DNA of 64,000 nt from a virus (Duplodnaviria > Caudoviricetes): the IMG/VR virus record IMGVR_UViG_3300028591_000117, positions 59,530-123,529 of that record; one strand, written 5' to 3'. Every line of letters begins with the position of its first letter. Within the stretch, counting starts at the first letter, position 1. Positions 56,320 to 64,000 of this stretch are shown here, piece after piece. The translations under genes and the position numbers were made by a program. A model generated the notes under the pieces. It ran no database searches and was not told where the DNA came from. It saw only the letters and a list, made by a program, of their open reading frames with translations.

Positions 56320-57852
56320 CTATATATTTCTACTTTTTATTATTCCATTATCTCTCATCTTTTGAATTATTCTAGATGCTTCAGAGTATGGTATATGTAA
56401 AGCCAACTGTAAATCTGCAGTAGATAACTTTTTATTTTCTCTAGCAAATTGAAGAGCTTTATTATAATTTTCATCTGTTTTTTCTTTTTGAGTACTCTCT
56501 TTAGGTTTATCTTGATTATCTTCTCGAGTTCCATATTTATTATTTACAGACTTAACTATATCTTCTACTTCTTCATCAGATACAAAAGCTCCTTGAACTC
56601 TCTTAGCATTAGTTGAACCTATAGGCTTATATAACATGTCACCTTTACCTAAAAGTTTTTCAGCTCCACCTTGGTCTAAAATAGTTCTACTATCAACTTG
56701 TGATGGAGTAGTAAATGCTATACGTGAGTTAATATTAGATTTAATAACTCCAGTTACAACATCAACTGAAGGTCTTTGAGTAGCTACAATTAAATGAATT
56801 CCAGCGGCTCTCGCTAACTGAGTTAATCTCTGAATTGAGCTCTCAACTTGTTTTCCAGCAGTTTGCATTAAATCAGCTAACTCATCAATTATAACTATTA
56901 TATAAGGCATTAACTTAGCATTTTTACCTGACTCATTATATTTATTAACTAAGTTATTATACGAAGCTATATTTTTAACACCAACTTTTTCAAAATCTGA
57001 GTATCTTTTATCCATAACATTAGTTAACTCATCTAAAGTATCAGCCGCTTTTTGTGGGTCTGTAACTATAGGCATTAATAAATGTGGAATTGATTTATAA
57101 GCTGCAAGTTCTACTTTTTTAGGGTCTATCAATATTAATTTAACTTGGTCAGGACTATATGTTTCTATTAAACTACATATCATTGAGTTTATACAAGCTG
57201 ATTTACCTGAACCTGTAGTTCCACCAATTAAGATATGTTGTAACTTTAAGATATCTGCTGAAACTGAATTTCCATTAGTATCTTTACCTAAAGCCATACT
57301 AACTCCAGACTTGTCTGAGTCTTTCATAACATCATCTAATGATACTGATGTATCTTCTTTATTAGGAACTTGAATACCTAAAGTTGTAGAACCTTCAACA
57401 GAACCTATACTTACATTCTTAACAGCTAAACCCATAGCTATCTCTTTATTTAAATTAGATACTTCACTTATTTTAGTACCTGGAGCAAGTTCATACTCAT
57501 ATTGAGTTACTCTAGGACCTACTTTAGCATTAACTAGTTCTACTTTAACTCCATAGTTACTAAGTATTTTACTTATCTTTTCTCCAGTCTCTTTCAATTC
57601 AGGAGATAAATTAACTTCTTCTTTATTTTCTTCTTTATACTCATTAACCATTTTTTCAAGAGATTGTTTAACCAAATGTATATCTTCTTGGTCATTATTA
57701 CATCTTTTAGCAATTTCTTGAGATGGGTCTCTAGTAAAATCACCTTTTTCTTTATCGAAATAATGACTAAATATATCCATAGCTATCTCATCAGTATCTA
57801 ACATATTATCTTGTTCATATAGATAACTTAATAAATTTTTAGTTATACTCAT
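56320..57852 (-). CDS. ftsK: FtsK/SpoIIIE DNA translocase (alpha-beta motor plus gamma domain, no membrane domain) with an N-terminal leader
   Basis: GPRVTQYE, HILIGGTTGSGKS, IDPKKVEL, IIDELADLM, ARAAGIHLIVATQRPS, GAEKLLGKGDML; C-terminal winged helix LQ..L.I.Y..A.RI...M...GII. Confidence 0.93.
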   Translation of the reverse strand: MSITKNLLSYLYEQDNMLDTDEIAMDIFSHYFDKEKGDFTRDPSQEIAKRCNNDQEDIHLVKQSLEKMVNEYKEENKEEVNLSPELKETGEKISKILSNYGVKVELVNAKVGPRVTQYEYELAPGTKISEVSNLNKEIAMGLAVKNVSIGSVEGSTTLGIQVPNKEDTSVSLDDVMKDSDKSGVSMALGKDTNGNSVSADILKLQHILIGGTTGSGKSACINSMICSLIETYSPDQVKLILIDPKKVELAAYKSIPHLLMPIVTDPQKAADTLDELTNVMDKRYSDFEKVGVKNIASYNNLVNKYNESGKNAKLMPYIIVIIDELADLMQTAGKQVESSIQRLTQLARAAGIHLIVATQRPSVDVVTGVIKSNINSRIAFTTPSQVDSRTILDQGGAEKLLGKGDMLYKPIGSTNAKRVQGAFVSDEEVEDIVKSVNNKYGTREDNQDKPKESTQKEKTDENYNKALQFARENKKLSTADLQLALHIPYSEASRIIQKMRDNGIIKSRNI

Positions 57853-57875
57853 ACATTCAATCTCCTTTCTAATAT

Positions 57876-57884
57876 TATATATAA
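57876..57884 (-). promoter_or_regulatory. TTATATATA late-promoter-like motif upstream of the FtsK gene
   Basis: Minus strand AAATTATATATAATATTAGAAAGGAG. Confidence 0.5.
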
Positions 57885-57916
57885 TTTAGAAGACTTTGTG
57901 TATTGGAAAAAGTTGG

Positions 57917-58843
57917 CTATTTTCTTCTAATAAGTTTCTTTCCAAAAGTCTCTAGCTCTTGATTAACTTTAATAGGAACTCCATTTTTATCTACAATAAC
58001 AGTTACCCACCAGCAAGATTTATCATTATTAAAACCCATACTTCTTTCATAAGGAGTTAAATCTTGTAGACAAGATGTTTGAAAACAATGCGTTATTCCT
58101 TGTTTCATATAGAAAGCTTGATGTATATGACCTGTTTGTAAAATATGAGGTCTTTCTTCCATTGGAATAGAGTCTAAATATTTTTGAAGCTTATATGACC
58201 TTGCATAAGCTTGACCTCCAATTCCATGATATAACCTAACTCTTAATTTTCCTATTTGTAAATCTTCACAATCAGAACCTAAATAATGTAAATCAGGTCT
58301 TAATAAACAAATATCTCTTAATATATCTGAACCATTATTCTTATACCACATAGCTTCATGATTTCCAGCTATTAAAAATGTTGGTATCTCAGATTGAGGA
58401 TATCTATCAACTACATAGTCTCTTTGACCAGCATAAGAAGTTTCTTTTAATTCATAAACATGCTGAGGTCGATTACTTCTACCATCAACTAAATCTCCAG
58501 AATGTAATATATAATTAACTCCTCTTCTTTCTGCTTCAGAGTATAAATATCTAAGTATATCGAGTCTATCATATTTTGAAGCAAGATGTGTATCTGAAAT
58601 TAATAATAGTTTAATAGTTTCTAAATTACAAGGTAATGAATAAACTCCATTATCTTTTATAGGTCTATCTAATTTAATAACTTTACCATCAATAATATCA
58701 AATAAATATCCTTTTTCTTTTAGCATCATAATTAAACCATATACTTGATAATACTCTAAACCTAAATCTTTACATATACTTTCTAAATCTCTACTTTTAA
58801 CTTTATTTAGATAAAGTTTCATTTTATCTAAAAGCTCTTCCAT
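57917..58843 (-). CDS. Calcineurin-like metallophosphoesterase with an N-terminal HTH-like domain
   Basis: ISDTHL, HSGDLVDG, AGNHE, LYHG, GHIH. Confidence 0.9.
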   Translation of the reverse strand: MEELLDKMKLYLNKVKSRDLESICKDLGLEYYQVYGLIMMLKEKGYLFDIIDGKVIKLDRPIKDNGVYSLPCNLETIKLLLISDTHLASKYDRLDILRYLYSEAERRGVNYILHSGDLVDGRSNRPQHVYELKETSYAGQRDYVVDRYPQSEIPTFLIAGNHEAMWYKNNGSDILRDICLLRPDLHYLGSDCEDLQIGKLRVRLYHGIGGQAYARSYKLQKYLDSIPMEERPHILQTGHIHQAFYMKQGITHCFQTSCLQDLTPYERSMGFNNDKSCWWVTVIVDKNGVPIKVNQELETFGKKLIRRK

Positions 58844-58852
58844 TCTTTCCTC

Positions 58853-59449
58853 CTATCTCATTCGATTATATCTATCATAACGAAGTTTTAAGACTTTTTG
58901 CTCTTCTTCAGTTGCTCCTTCCATAAGTCTATCATAATAACCACAAGGTTTATACTCAGGACATCCTCCACAACGAACACATTCAGGAACACATGCCCAA
59001 TAAATATCTTCATCATATTCTTTAATTGCTTCTAATACAGCTTTCCAATATACTCTAGTTAATGGGTCTGCACAAGTACAAAGTCTTTTTCTAGATATAT
59101 TTATTAATGCTTGTATATTAGCTTCCATTTCCATTTGAACCATGTCCATTTGAGTTCTTTGACTTCTATCTTTAATCTCTGTTCTATCAGCTCTTGATGT
59201 ACTTACCCACTTCTCTACTCCTTCATGATGTCTTACAAAGTGAGTTGATATACAATAAGGTATTTCATCGAACTTCCAAGAAACTGAACCTCTTCTAATT
59301 GGAGAATGCTCACATAATAAAAGTCTTCTCTTCCATTCCTGAGAAGGCTCTTTATCTCCAGCTTCTTTTGATATTGTTGTCATACATGCTGACTTAATCT
59401 TCTTCCAATCTATATCATAATCTGTAATTCTTACTTTAACTTCTTCCAT
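58853..59449 (-). CDS. thyX: FAD-dependent thymidylate synthase (ThyX-like)
   Basis: EHSPIR, STHFVRHH...STSR, N..ALI...RKRLC..A, VP.C...G.CPE..PCG. Confidence 0.8.
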   Translation of the reverse strand: MEEVKVRITDYDIDWKKIKSACMTTISKEAGDKEPSQEWKRRLLLCEHSPIRRGSVSWKFDEIPYCISTHFVRHHEGVEKWVSTSRADRTEIKDRSQRTQMDMVQMEMEANIQALINISRKRLCTCADPLTRVYWKAVLEAIKEYDEDIYWACVPECVRCGGCPEYKPCGYYDRLMEGATEEEQKVLKLRYDRYNRMR

Positions 59450-59451
59450 AA

Positions 59452-60006
59452 TTAATTCTCCTTATTTTTATTATTTATATTTTTACTAATACAATCTCTA
59501 CATAATGGTACATATTCTGAATTTCCAACCATTATATCTTCAGTTTTATCTACTAGACAATATGTATATTCAGCATCTCTTCCACAATGCTCACACCTTG
59601 CTTTTAATTTCACTACATCAGTGGCTATTGCTAATATATCAGGCATGATATTAAATGGAGTTAATTCTGATGTCATATCTAGTCCAGCTATATAAATATC
59701 AATCTTATTATAAATCGTTAACCAGAGAAGCTCCTGGACATCTCCAGATAAAAACTGGACTTCATCAATTATAATAGTGTCTATATCTTCAGTTATATAA
59801 TTTTTAATTTGAGATAAATCTTTAATAACATAAGCATCTAGAGTATCTTCAATAGCTCTACTTCTTATTTTACTTTTATCTCTTGTATCTTTACTAGGTT
59901 TAAAACAAATTACATTATCTATATCTTTTTTCTTTCTTACTTTTGCTGCTTGTATAAGTCCTAGTGACTTTGCTGCATACATTGGTCCTGTAAATACTTT
60001 AATCAT
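59452..60006 (-). CDS. tdk: Thymidine kinase (TK1-type)
   Basis: TGPMYAAKS, FKP..DTR, IIDEVQF, AGLD....PF, KL.ARC..CG, YVPLCR.C. Confidence 0.93.
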   Translation of the reverse strand: MIKVFTGPMYAAKSLGLIQAAKVRKKKDIDNVICFKPSKDTRDKSKIRSRAIEDTLDAYVIKDLSQIKNYITEDIDTIIIDEVQFLSGDVQELLWLTIYNKIDIYIAGLDMTSELTPFNIMPDILAIATDVVKLKARCEHCGRDAEYTYCLVDKTEDIMVGNSEYVPLCRDCISKNINNKNKEN

Positions 60007-60212
60007 TTTCTCTTAACATAATGTCTATCGAACTCTTCATAAAGCACACAGCTTGGAGCTTGTTGCCATTCTGTTCGAAGAACTATTCCTTCCTTAAATA
60101 TTTCTTTATCTAATTTATCTAACATATAATATTTCTGCTCTTCATTATAAAATACTTCAATAAGTTCATATCTTGAATTATCTCTTCTTCTAGCCCAAAG
60201 TTCAAACTGCAT
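60003..60212 (-). CDS. Hypothetical protein
   Basis: 69-aa ORF coupled to its neighbours on both sides. Confidence 0.7.
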   Translation of the reverse strand: MQFELWARRRDNSRYELIEVFYNEEQKYYMLDKLDKEIFKEGIVLRTEWQQAPSCVLYEEFDRHYVKRK

Positions 60213-60757
60213 CAGACTACCTCTATCTCCAATATCTCTTGTTCTGATAATCCTTGTTTAAACTTAGCTAAATCTTCTAGTTCCTGGTTATCTTCTTCAG
60301 GTTCTTTTTCTACATGTTTATTTTCATTTGATAAATCTTCAAGAGTCATAGTTATTAAACTAAATGCTTGGTCTACATAGTCTTTACTTGATAAATCAAT
60401 TATACCAGTATTTTCTGTTTTACCATTATAAGTAACTTTAACAAACATATCATACTTAGCTATTCTATTTTGTAGTCCAGGCTCATATCGATTTATAAAC
60501 TCAAGAGTAACTCTTTTATCATTTTCATCTCTTCCAATATAAATTACATTACCAGGACCTTCTTCAATAGGTTTACTTAGCATATTAATTCCATAGTTCC
60601 TTAATATAGGAAATAGCTTAGTATCTATTCTTTGCTCATAAACTTGGTCCATGTGTTTATATCTAGGACCTGCAATATGTTTCCATTTAGTCGCTTCATC
60701 TAGAGAATTATCTTTACTTTTTTGTAAATTAATTAATATCTGATTATGTGCTTTCAT
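60212..60757 (-). CDS. Putative internal head protein with leader
   Basis: MKAHNQILINL...SLDE-A. Confidence 0.65.
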   Translation of the reverse strand: MKAHNQILINLQKSKDNSLDEATKWKHIAGPRYKHMDQVYEQRIDTKLFPILRNYGINMLSKPIEEGPGNVIYIGRDENDKRVTLEFINRYEPGLQNRIAKYDMFVKVTYNGKTENTGIIDLSSKDYVDQAFSLITMTLEDLSNENKHVEKEPEEDNQELEDLAKFKQGLSEQEILEIEVV

Positions 60758-60777
60758 ATAAATCTCCTTTCTAATTT

Positions 60778-60813
60778 AATATATAAAAAGAAGGCTCTAA
60801 GAACCTTCTTTTT
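60778..60813 (-). terminator. Terminator fused to TTATATATT
   Basis: AAAAAGAAGG..CCTTCTTTTT then ATATATT. Confidence 0.75.
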
Positions 60814-62338
60814 CATCAATTAAATCTTCCAGTCTATCTACTATCTCGCGCTTTAAACCTTGTTCTTCATTAGGTAATGCTTCACCAACAATGTCTGTTA
60901 GAATATCTCCTTTGTCTGTACTTGGAATAATCTGAAGTGTTTTAGCTAAGTCTGACATAATTTCAATTCTAGATAAACCTAAGTAATCTTCCATCTCAGA
61001 CCAGTCCCACTGAGCAACCATGTCATATTGATTTTGAACAGCAAGAGGTTGTTTCTGCATTTTATCTTCTTTATTACCTTCAAGATACTTATTCATATCA
61101 TCTGAAATAGCCAATAATACAAATGGTTTCATTACATAGTCAATAACAGACAAAATATGCTTACAAGCACCACCATTTAATCTTACATTATTAACTTTAG
61201 GAGCTTGTATAGCTTTCTTTAAATTAGGAATTCTATCATCAATATATAAGAAGTCATTTTTATATGCTTGATGTGCCCAAGCCCAAAAAGCAAATGACTC
61301 ATCAGTACACCAAATATTAACATCTTGGTCTTGAAAATTTTTCTTTATGTCATCAGGCATAATCTTATTTCCTGACTTAATAATATCTTCAAATGGTTTC
61401 ATATCTTTAAATTCTATTGTCTGATAATGATATCCACTTCTGGTTTCTGAAGTTGTTTTAAAATTTAATATACCAAACTTACTCATTCCTATGTAAGTTG
61501 TTTTAACATTTCTAGACTTTTGAATTCTTCTAGGGTCTTGATTTTGAGACTTCTGTTTTATTTGAGATAACTTCATTTCAACTAAATATTCTTCTTTATC
61601 TTTATGAAGAACATTACAAATAATATTCTCAATATCTTCAGAACGTTCACTATTTATATTTGATAAAGCACTATTTATACTGTTATAACCTAACTGTTTC
61701 AATTTAGCTTTTATACTAGCTTTCTCTTCTCTGCTAGCATCTTTTATTAATTGAGTTAATACTCTCTTCTTATTAATACTAGACTCACTTTCATCTAGCT
61801 CTCCTCTAGTAATTTTCCACATATCCTTAGAATAATCTTTTGGAACTTTATGAAATATCTCTTCACACATATCTTTAGCAAAATCTGGTTGTATAACATA
61901 TTCTTTATTAGCATCCCAATAATCTGATGGACCTTCATCATGCTGTCCAGCCATACTCAACCAGTCACATATTCTTTCTATAACATATAGTTTATATTCT
62001 TCTTCATCTATATTGTCTATTAAGTTATTATCTCCATCTATCCAATAATCCCAATGATGTTTATTGTTTTTTATATGATGTCTACAAGCTAATTCAAATT
62101 CTTCTTGTTTCATTCCTTCTTCATCATTAGTTGGATAAAAATGATGAAGATATGCTGACCACTCAGGTTCTTCATATTTAGAAGCATCATGCTCTTTTAC
62201 TATTTCTCTTAATTCATCTATATGCTCTTTTACATAAGGAATATCTAATGTATATAATAATTCTAATGCTTTTGATACATTTCCTATATGTCCTGTTAAA
62301 TATTCTTTATATTTTTCTATTGATTGTTCTTGAGTCAT
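60797..62338 (-). CDS. Multidomain protein: HD-like (DUF5662-type) domain plus SWIM-like zinc-finger domain
   Basis: H...V...HDASK...H...N.HH..YW...D.LS; later WCTDESF.FW...N.RL.G.ACKHI; LDE-S and LVE-M sites between the domains. Confidence 0.65.
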   Translation of the reverse strand: MTQEQSIEKYKEYLTGHIGNVSKALELLYTLDIPYVKEHIDELREIVKEHDASKYEEPEWSAYLHHFYPTNDEEGMKQEEFELACRHHIKNNKHHWDYWIDGDNNLIDNIDEEEYKLYVIERICDWLSMAGQHDEGPSDYWDANKEYVIQPDFAKDMCEEIFHKVPKDYSKDMWKITRGELDESESSINKKRVLTQLIKDASREEKASIKAKLKQLGYNSINSALSNINSERSEDIENIICNVLHKDKEEYLVEMKLSQIKQKSQNQDPRRIQKSRNVKTTYIGMSKFGILNFKTTSETRSGYHYQTIEFKDMKPFEDIIKSGNKIMPDDIKKNFQDQDVNIWCTDESFAFWAWAHQAYKNDFLYIDDRIPNLKKAIQAPKVNNVRLNGGACKHILSVIDYVMKPFVLLAISDDMNKYLEGNKEDKMQKQPLAVQNQYDMVAQWDWSEMEDYLGLSRIEIMSDLAKTLQIIPSTDKGDILTDIVGEALPNEEQGLKREIVDRLEDLIDEKEGS

Positions 62339-62358
62339 ACATCTTACCTCCTATTTTA

Positions 62359-62390
62359 AATATATAAAAAAAGAACTCTTAGAGTTCTTT
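62359..62390 (-). terminator. Terminator fused to TTATATATT
   Basis: AAAGAACTCT-A-AGAGTTCTTTTTTT then ATATATT. Confidence 0.8.
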
Positions 62391-62910
62391 AATTTATTTT
62401 CTTAAAACCAAGACTATCAACATAGTATAGTTCATTATTAATTTCTATAATATCACTTACAGAAATACTTCTAAACTTACCTTGTACATTAAACTCATCT
62501 TTATTAGTATTTCCTAAAACAAATATTTGTTCTAATACTTCATCAATAGAACCTTTCTTAGGTAATACTATAGAAGCGACAGCTTCATAGTCATTCATGT
62601 TTATATCATCTTTAACATAGTCATAAGCCATAAAAGCATACTTACAATTAGCTACATCTTTTATTTGATATATAGTTGCTGAATAACTTGTAGTATCTTC
62701 ATCTATATAACTATATTCAGTAAGAGCTTCATATTGTTCCATACGAATACTATTTAGCTCGAGTATCATTTTCTCTATAGCACTTACAGCTCTTTCATCT
62801 TTACACGCAGCTCTTACTTTTAATAAAGCTTGCTCAGCATCATTACATAAATAATACCAATCTTCTTTATTCTCTTTTAAATTAGAAAGTATCTGATTAT
62901 TTACTCTCAT
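62389..62910 (-). CDS. YodL-like domain protein with leader
   Basis: IYQIK...F..Y...Y..V...LEQIF...N...RSISVSDII...YYVDSLGF. Start moved to ATG 62910 (RBS GAGGAGG): MRVNNQILSNLKE. Confidence 0.75.
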   Translation of the reverse strand: MRVNNQILSNLKENKEDWYYLCNDAEQALLKVRAACKDERAVSAIEKMILELNSIRMEQYEALTEYSYIDEDTTSYSATIYQIKDVANCKYAFMAYDYVKDDINMNDYEAVASIVLPKKGSIDEVLEQIFVLGNTNKDEFNVQGKFRSISVSDIIEINNELYYVDSLGFKKIN

Positions 62911-62911
62911 C

Positions 62912-64000
62912 TTATACCTCCTCATATTTTGCTATATTCTTTAAATCTTTAAAGCTATAAGGTTCTCCACAATAAGGACATGTATATTCAGTTCCGTAGC
63001 CTTTATAGAACTCTCTATCAAAATCATTTATACTTTTAATTGACTTATGACAATATGAACAAACGTAATTTTTAATTTTTCTGTCATATAAACTATCTAA
63101 AGTAGCTTCTTCATCAGAACCAGGTTCTATAGCTAAGTCTCTTTTAACATCAGATATATCTTCATTAATTACTCTACCATGATATTTTGAAGGATACTGT
63201 TTTATTAAATTATTATTAACTAACTCATTTATCTCTTGTTCATTATAATATCCTAGTTTAATTAAAGCATCACATATATCTTGGTATCTACCTATAAAAT
63301 CAACAAAATACATAGGTCCTTCTTTATGAATTTGAAAGTTTAACTTAGGAAATTCAGGTTTATATGTAGACCATATCATACTTTGTGCATCAGATTTATC
63401 TTCTGACTCAGCATTAGAATAAATGTATAACTTCTCTTCTGACTCATTTAAATTTTCTGTTTCATTAAACCAATAGTCCATACCTTCATCATCATTCCAA
63501 TGCTCTAGATAGTAATCATAAATTCTCTTAGATATTTTATCAAAACTTAAAAATGAGATATATTCAGGTAATAATAAACCTTCACCACCAGAAATCCATT
63601 GAGGACCTTTAGACTCATCACGATAGGTATATGGTTTATCTTCACTATTGTGTCTCTTTGCTCTATTATCTAAAAAGAATGCAGTATAGTCCATATTACC
63701 GGTATCCATAAATCCAACTAGTTTTCCATCTTCTATGAAGTCAACTTCATACTCATCAACTTCCATAAACTCTCTTGCAAATTTTCCTTCTTCTGGGTCA
63801 AGGAAGCCATAATATACATTATAACCTAGTTTATTATCAATTTTACCTTTACAATACTCGATAAATTTATCTTTATAACTCATTTTACTTGGTTCTGCTT
63901 TTGGTTCTTCAACATCTTCTGACTCATTCATACTAAGACCTAACTTTTTATTAACTAAAGATATAACTTCTTCATCAGTCATATCTAAACTAAAGTCATC
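62912..64000 (-). CDS. Partial multidomain putative head protein (5' end beyond the window) with a C-terminal zinc ribbon
   Basis: The frame is open to the window edge (DDFSLD-MTDEE). MNE-S, LNE-S and INE-D separate segments; C-terminal C..C...CPYC. Confidence 0.7.
   Translation of the reverse strand, partial: DDFSLDMTDEEVISLVNKKLGLSMNESEDVEEPKAEPSKMSYKDKFIEYCKGKIDNKLGYNVYYGFLDPEEGKFAREFMEVDEYEVDFIEDGKLVGFMDTGNMDYTAFFLDNRAKRHNSEDKPYTYRDESKGPQWISGGEGLLLPEYISFLSFDKISKRIYDYYLEHWNDDEGMDYWFNETENLNESEEKLYIYSNAESEDKSDAQSMIWSTYKPEFPKLNFQIHKEGPMYFVDFIGRYQDICDALIKLGYYNEQEINELVNNNLIKQYPSKYHGRVINEDISDVKRDLAIEPGSDEEATLDSLYDRKIKNYVCSYCHKSIKSINDFDREFYKGYGTEYTCPYCGEPYSFKDLKNIAKYEEV

Noticed and set aside
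56320-57852. FtsK-family ATPase as the genome-packaging motor
   Set aside because: A T4-like head implies terminase and portal packaging (genes presumably outside the window), and this protein has the cellular alpha-beta-gamma layout.
1-64000. Stop-codon reassignment
   Set aside because: Genes are full length under the standard code, and TAA, TAG and TGA all end genes at sensible positions.

Overview
A 64-kb, very AT-rich slice of a large tailed-phage genome with essentially every gene on the minus strand. It is a contractile-tailed phage with a T4-like head/tail module, and the host is probably a low-GC Bacillota with peptidoglycan. In transcription order (right to left) it carries: (1) a cluster of head-associated/accessory genes, including a membrane-anchor-less FtsK motor, ArdA, a YodL-like protein, an HD/SWIM protein, ThyX, thymidine kinase and a metallophosphoesterase; (2) prohead protease, major capsid, neck, sheath, tube, chaperones, tape measure-M23, baseplate and several fibre/receptor-binding proteins; (3) holin and CHAP endolysin; (4) replication genes (degenerate loader, DnaB-like helicase, stand-alone primase Zn finger, a degenerate intein-like protein, family A polymerase); (5) an RNA-gene island (tRNA-Ile UAU, a ~167-nt structured RNA and a ~850-nt structured RNA with an rRNA-type boxB/boxA leader); and (6) an SNF2-like helicase broken by a 5-nt gap in its Walker A motif. 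The strongest candidate for an undescribed system is a shared ~13-aa N-terminal leader ending at or near a prohead-protease-type L-x-E site, found on many unrelated proteins including ArdA and FtsK. It suggests a set of capsid-packaged, co-injected cargo proteins. Other highlights are the large ncRNA, a putative ribosome hop in the helicase, a +1 frameshift in the tail chaperone and a possibly domesticated intein. All assignments come from reading motifs by eye; no database searches were run.
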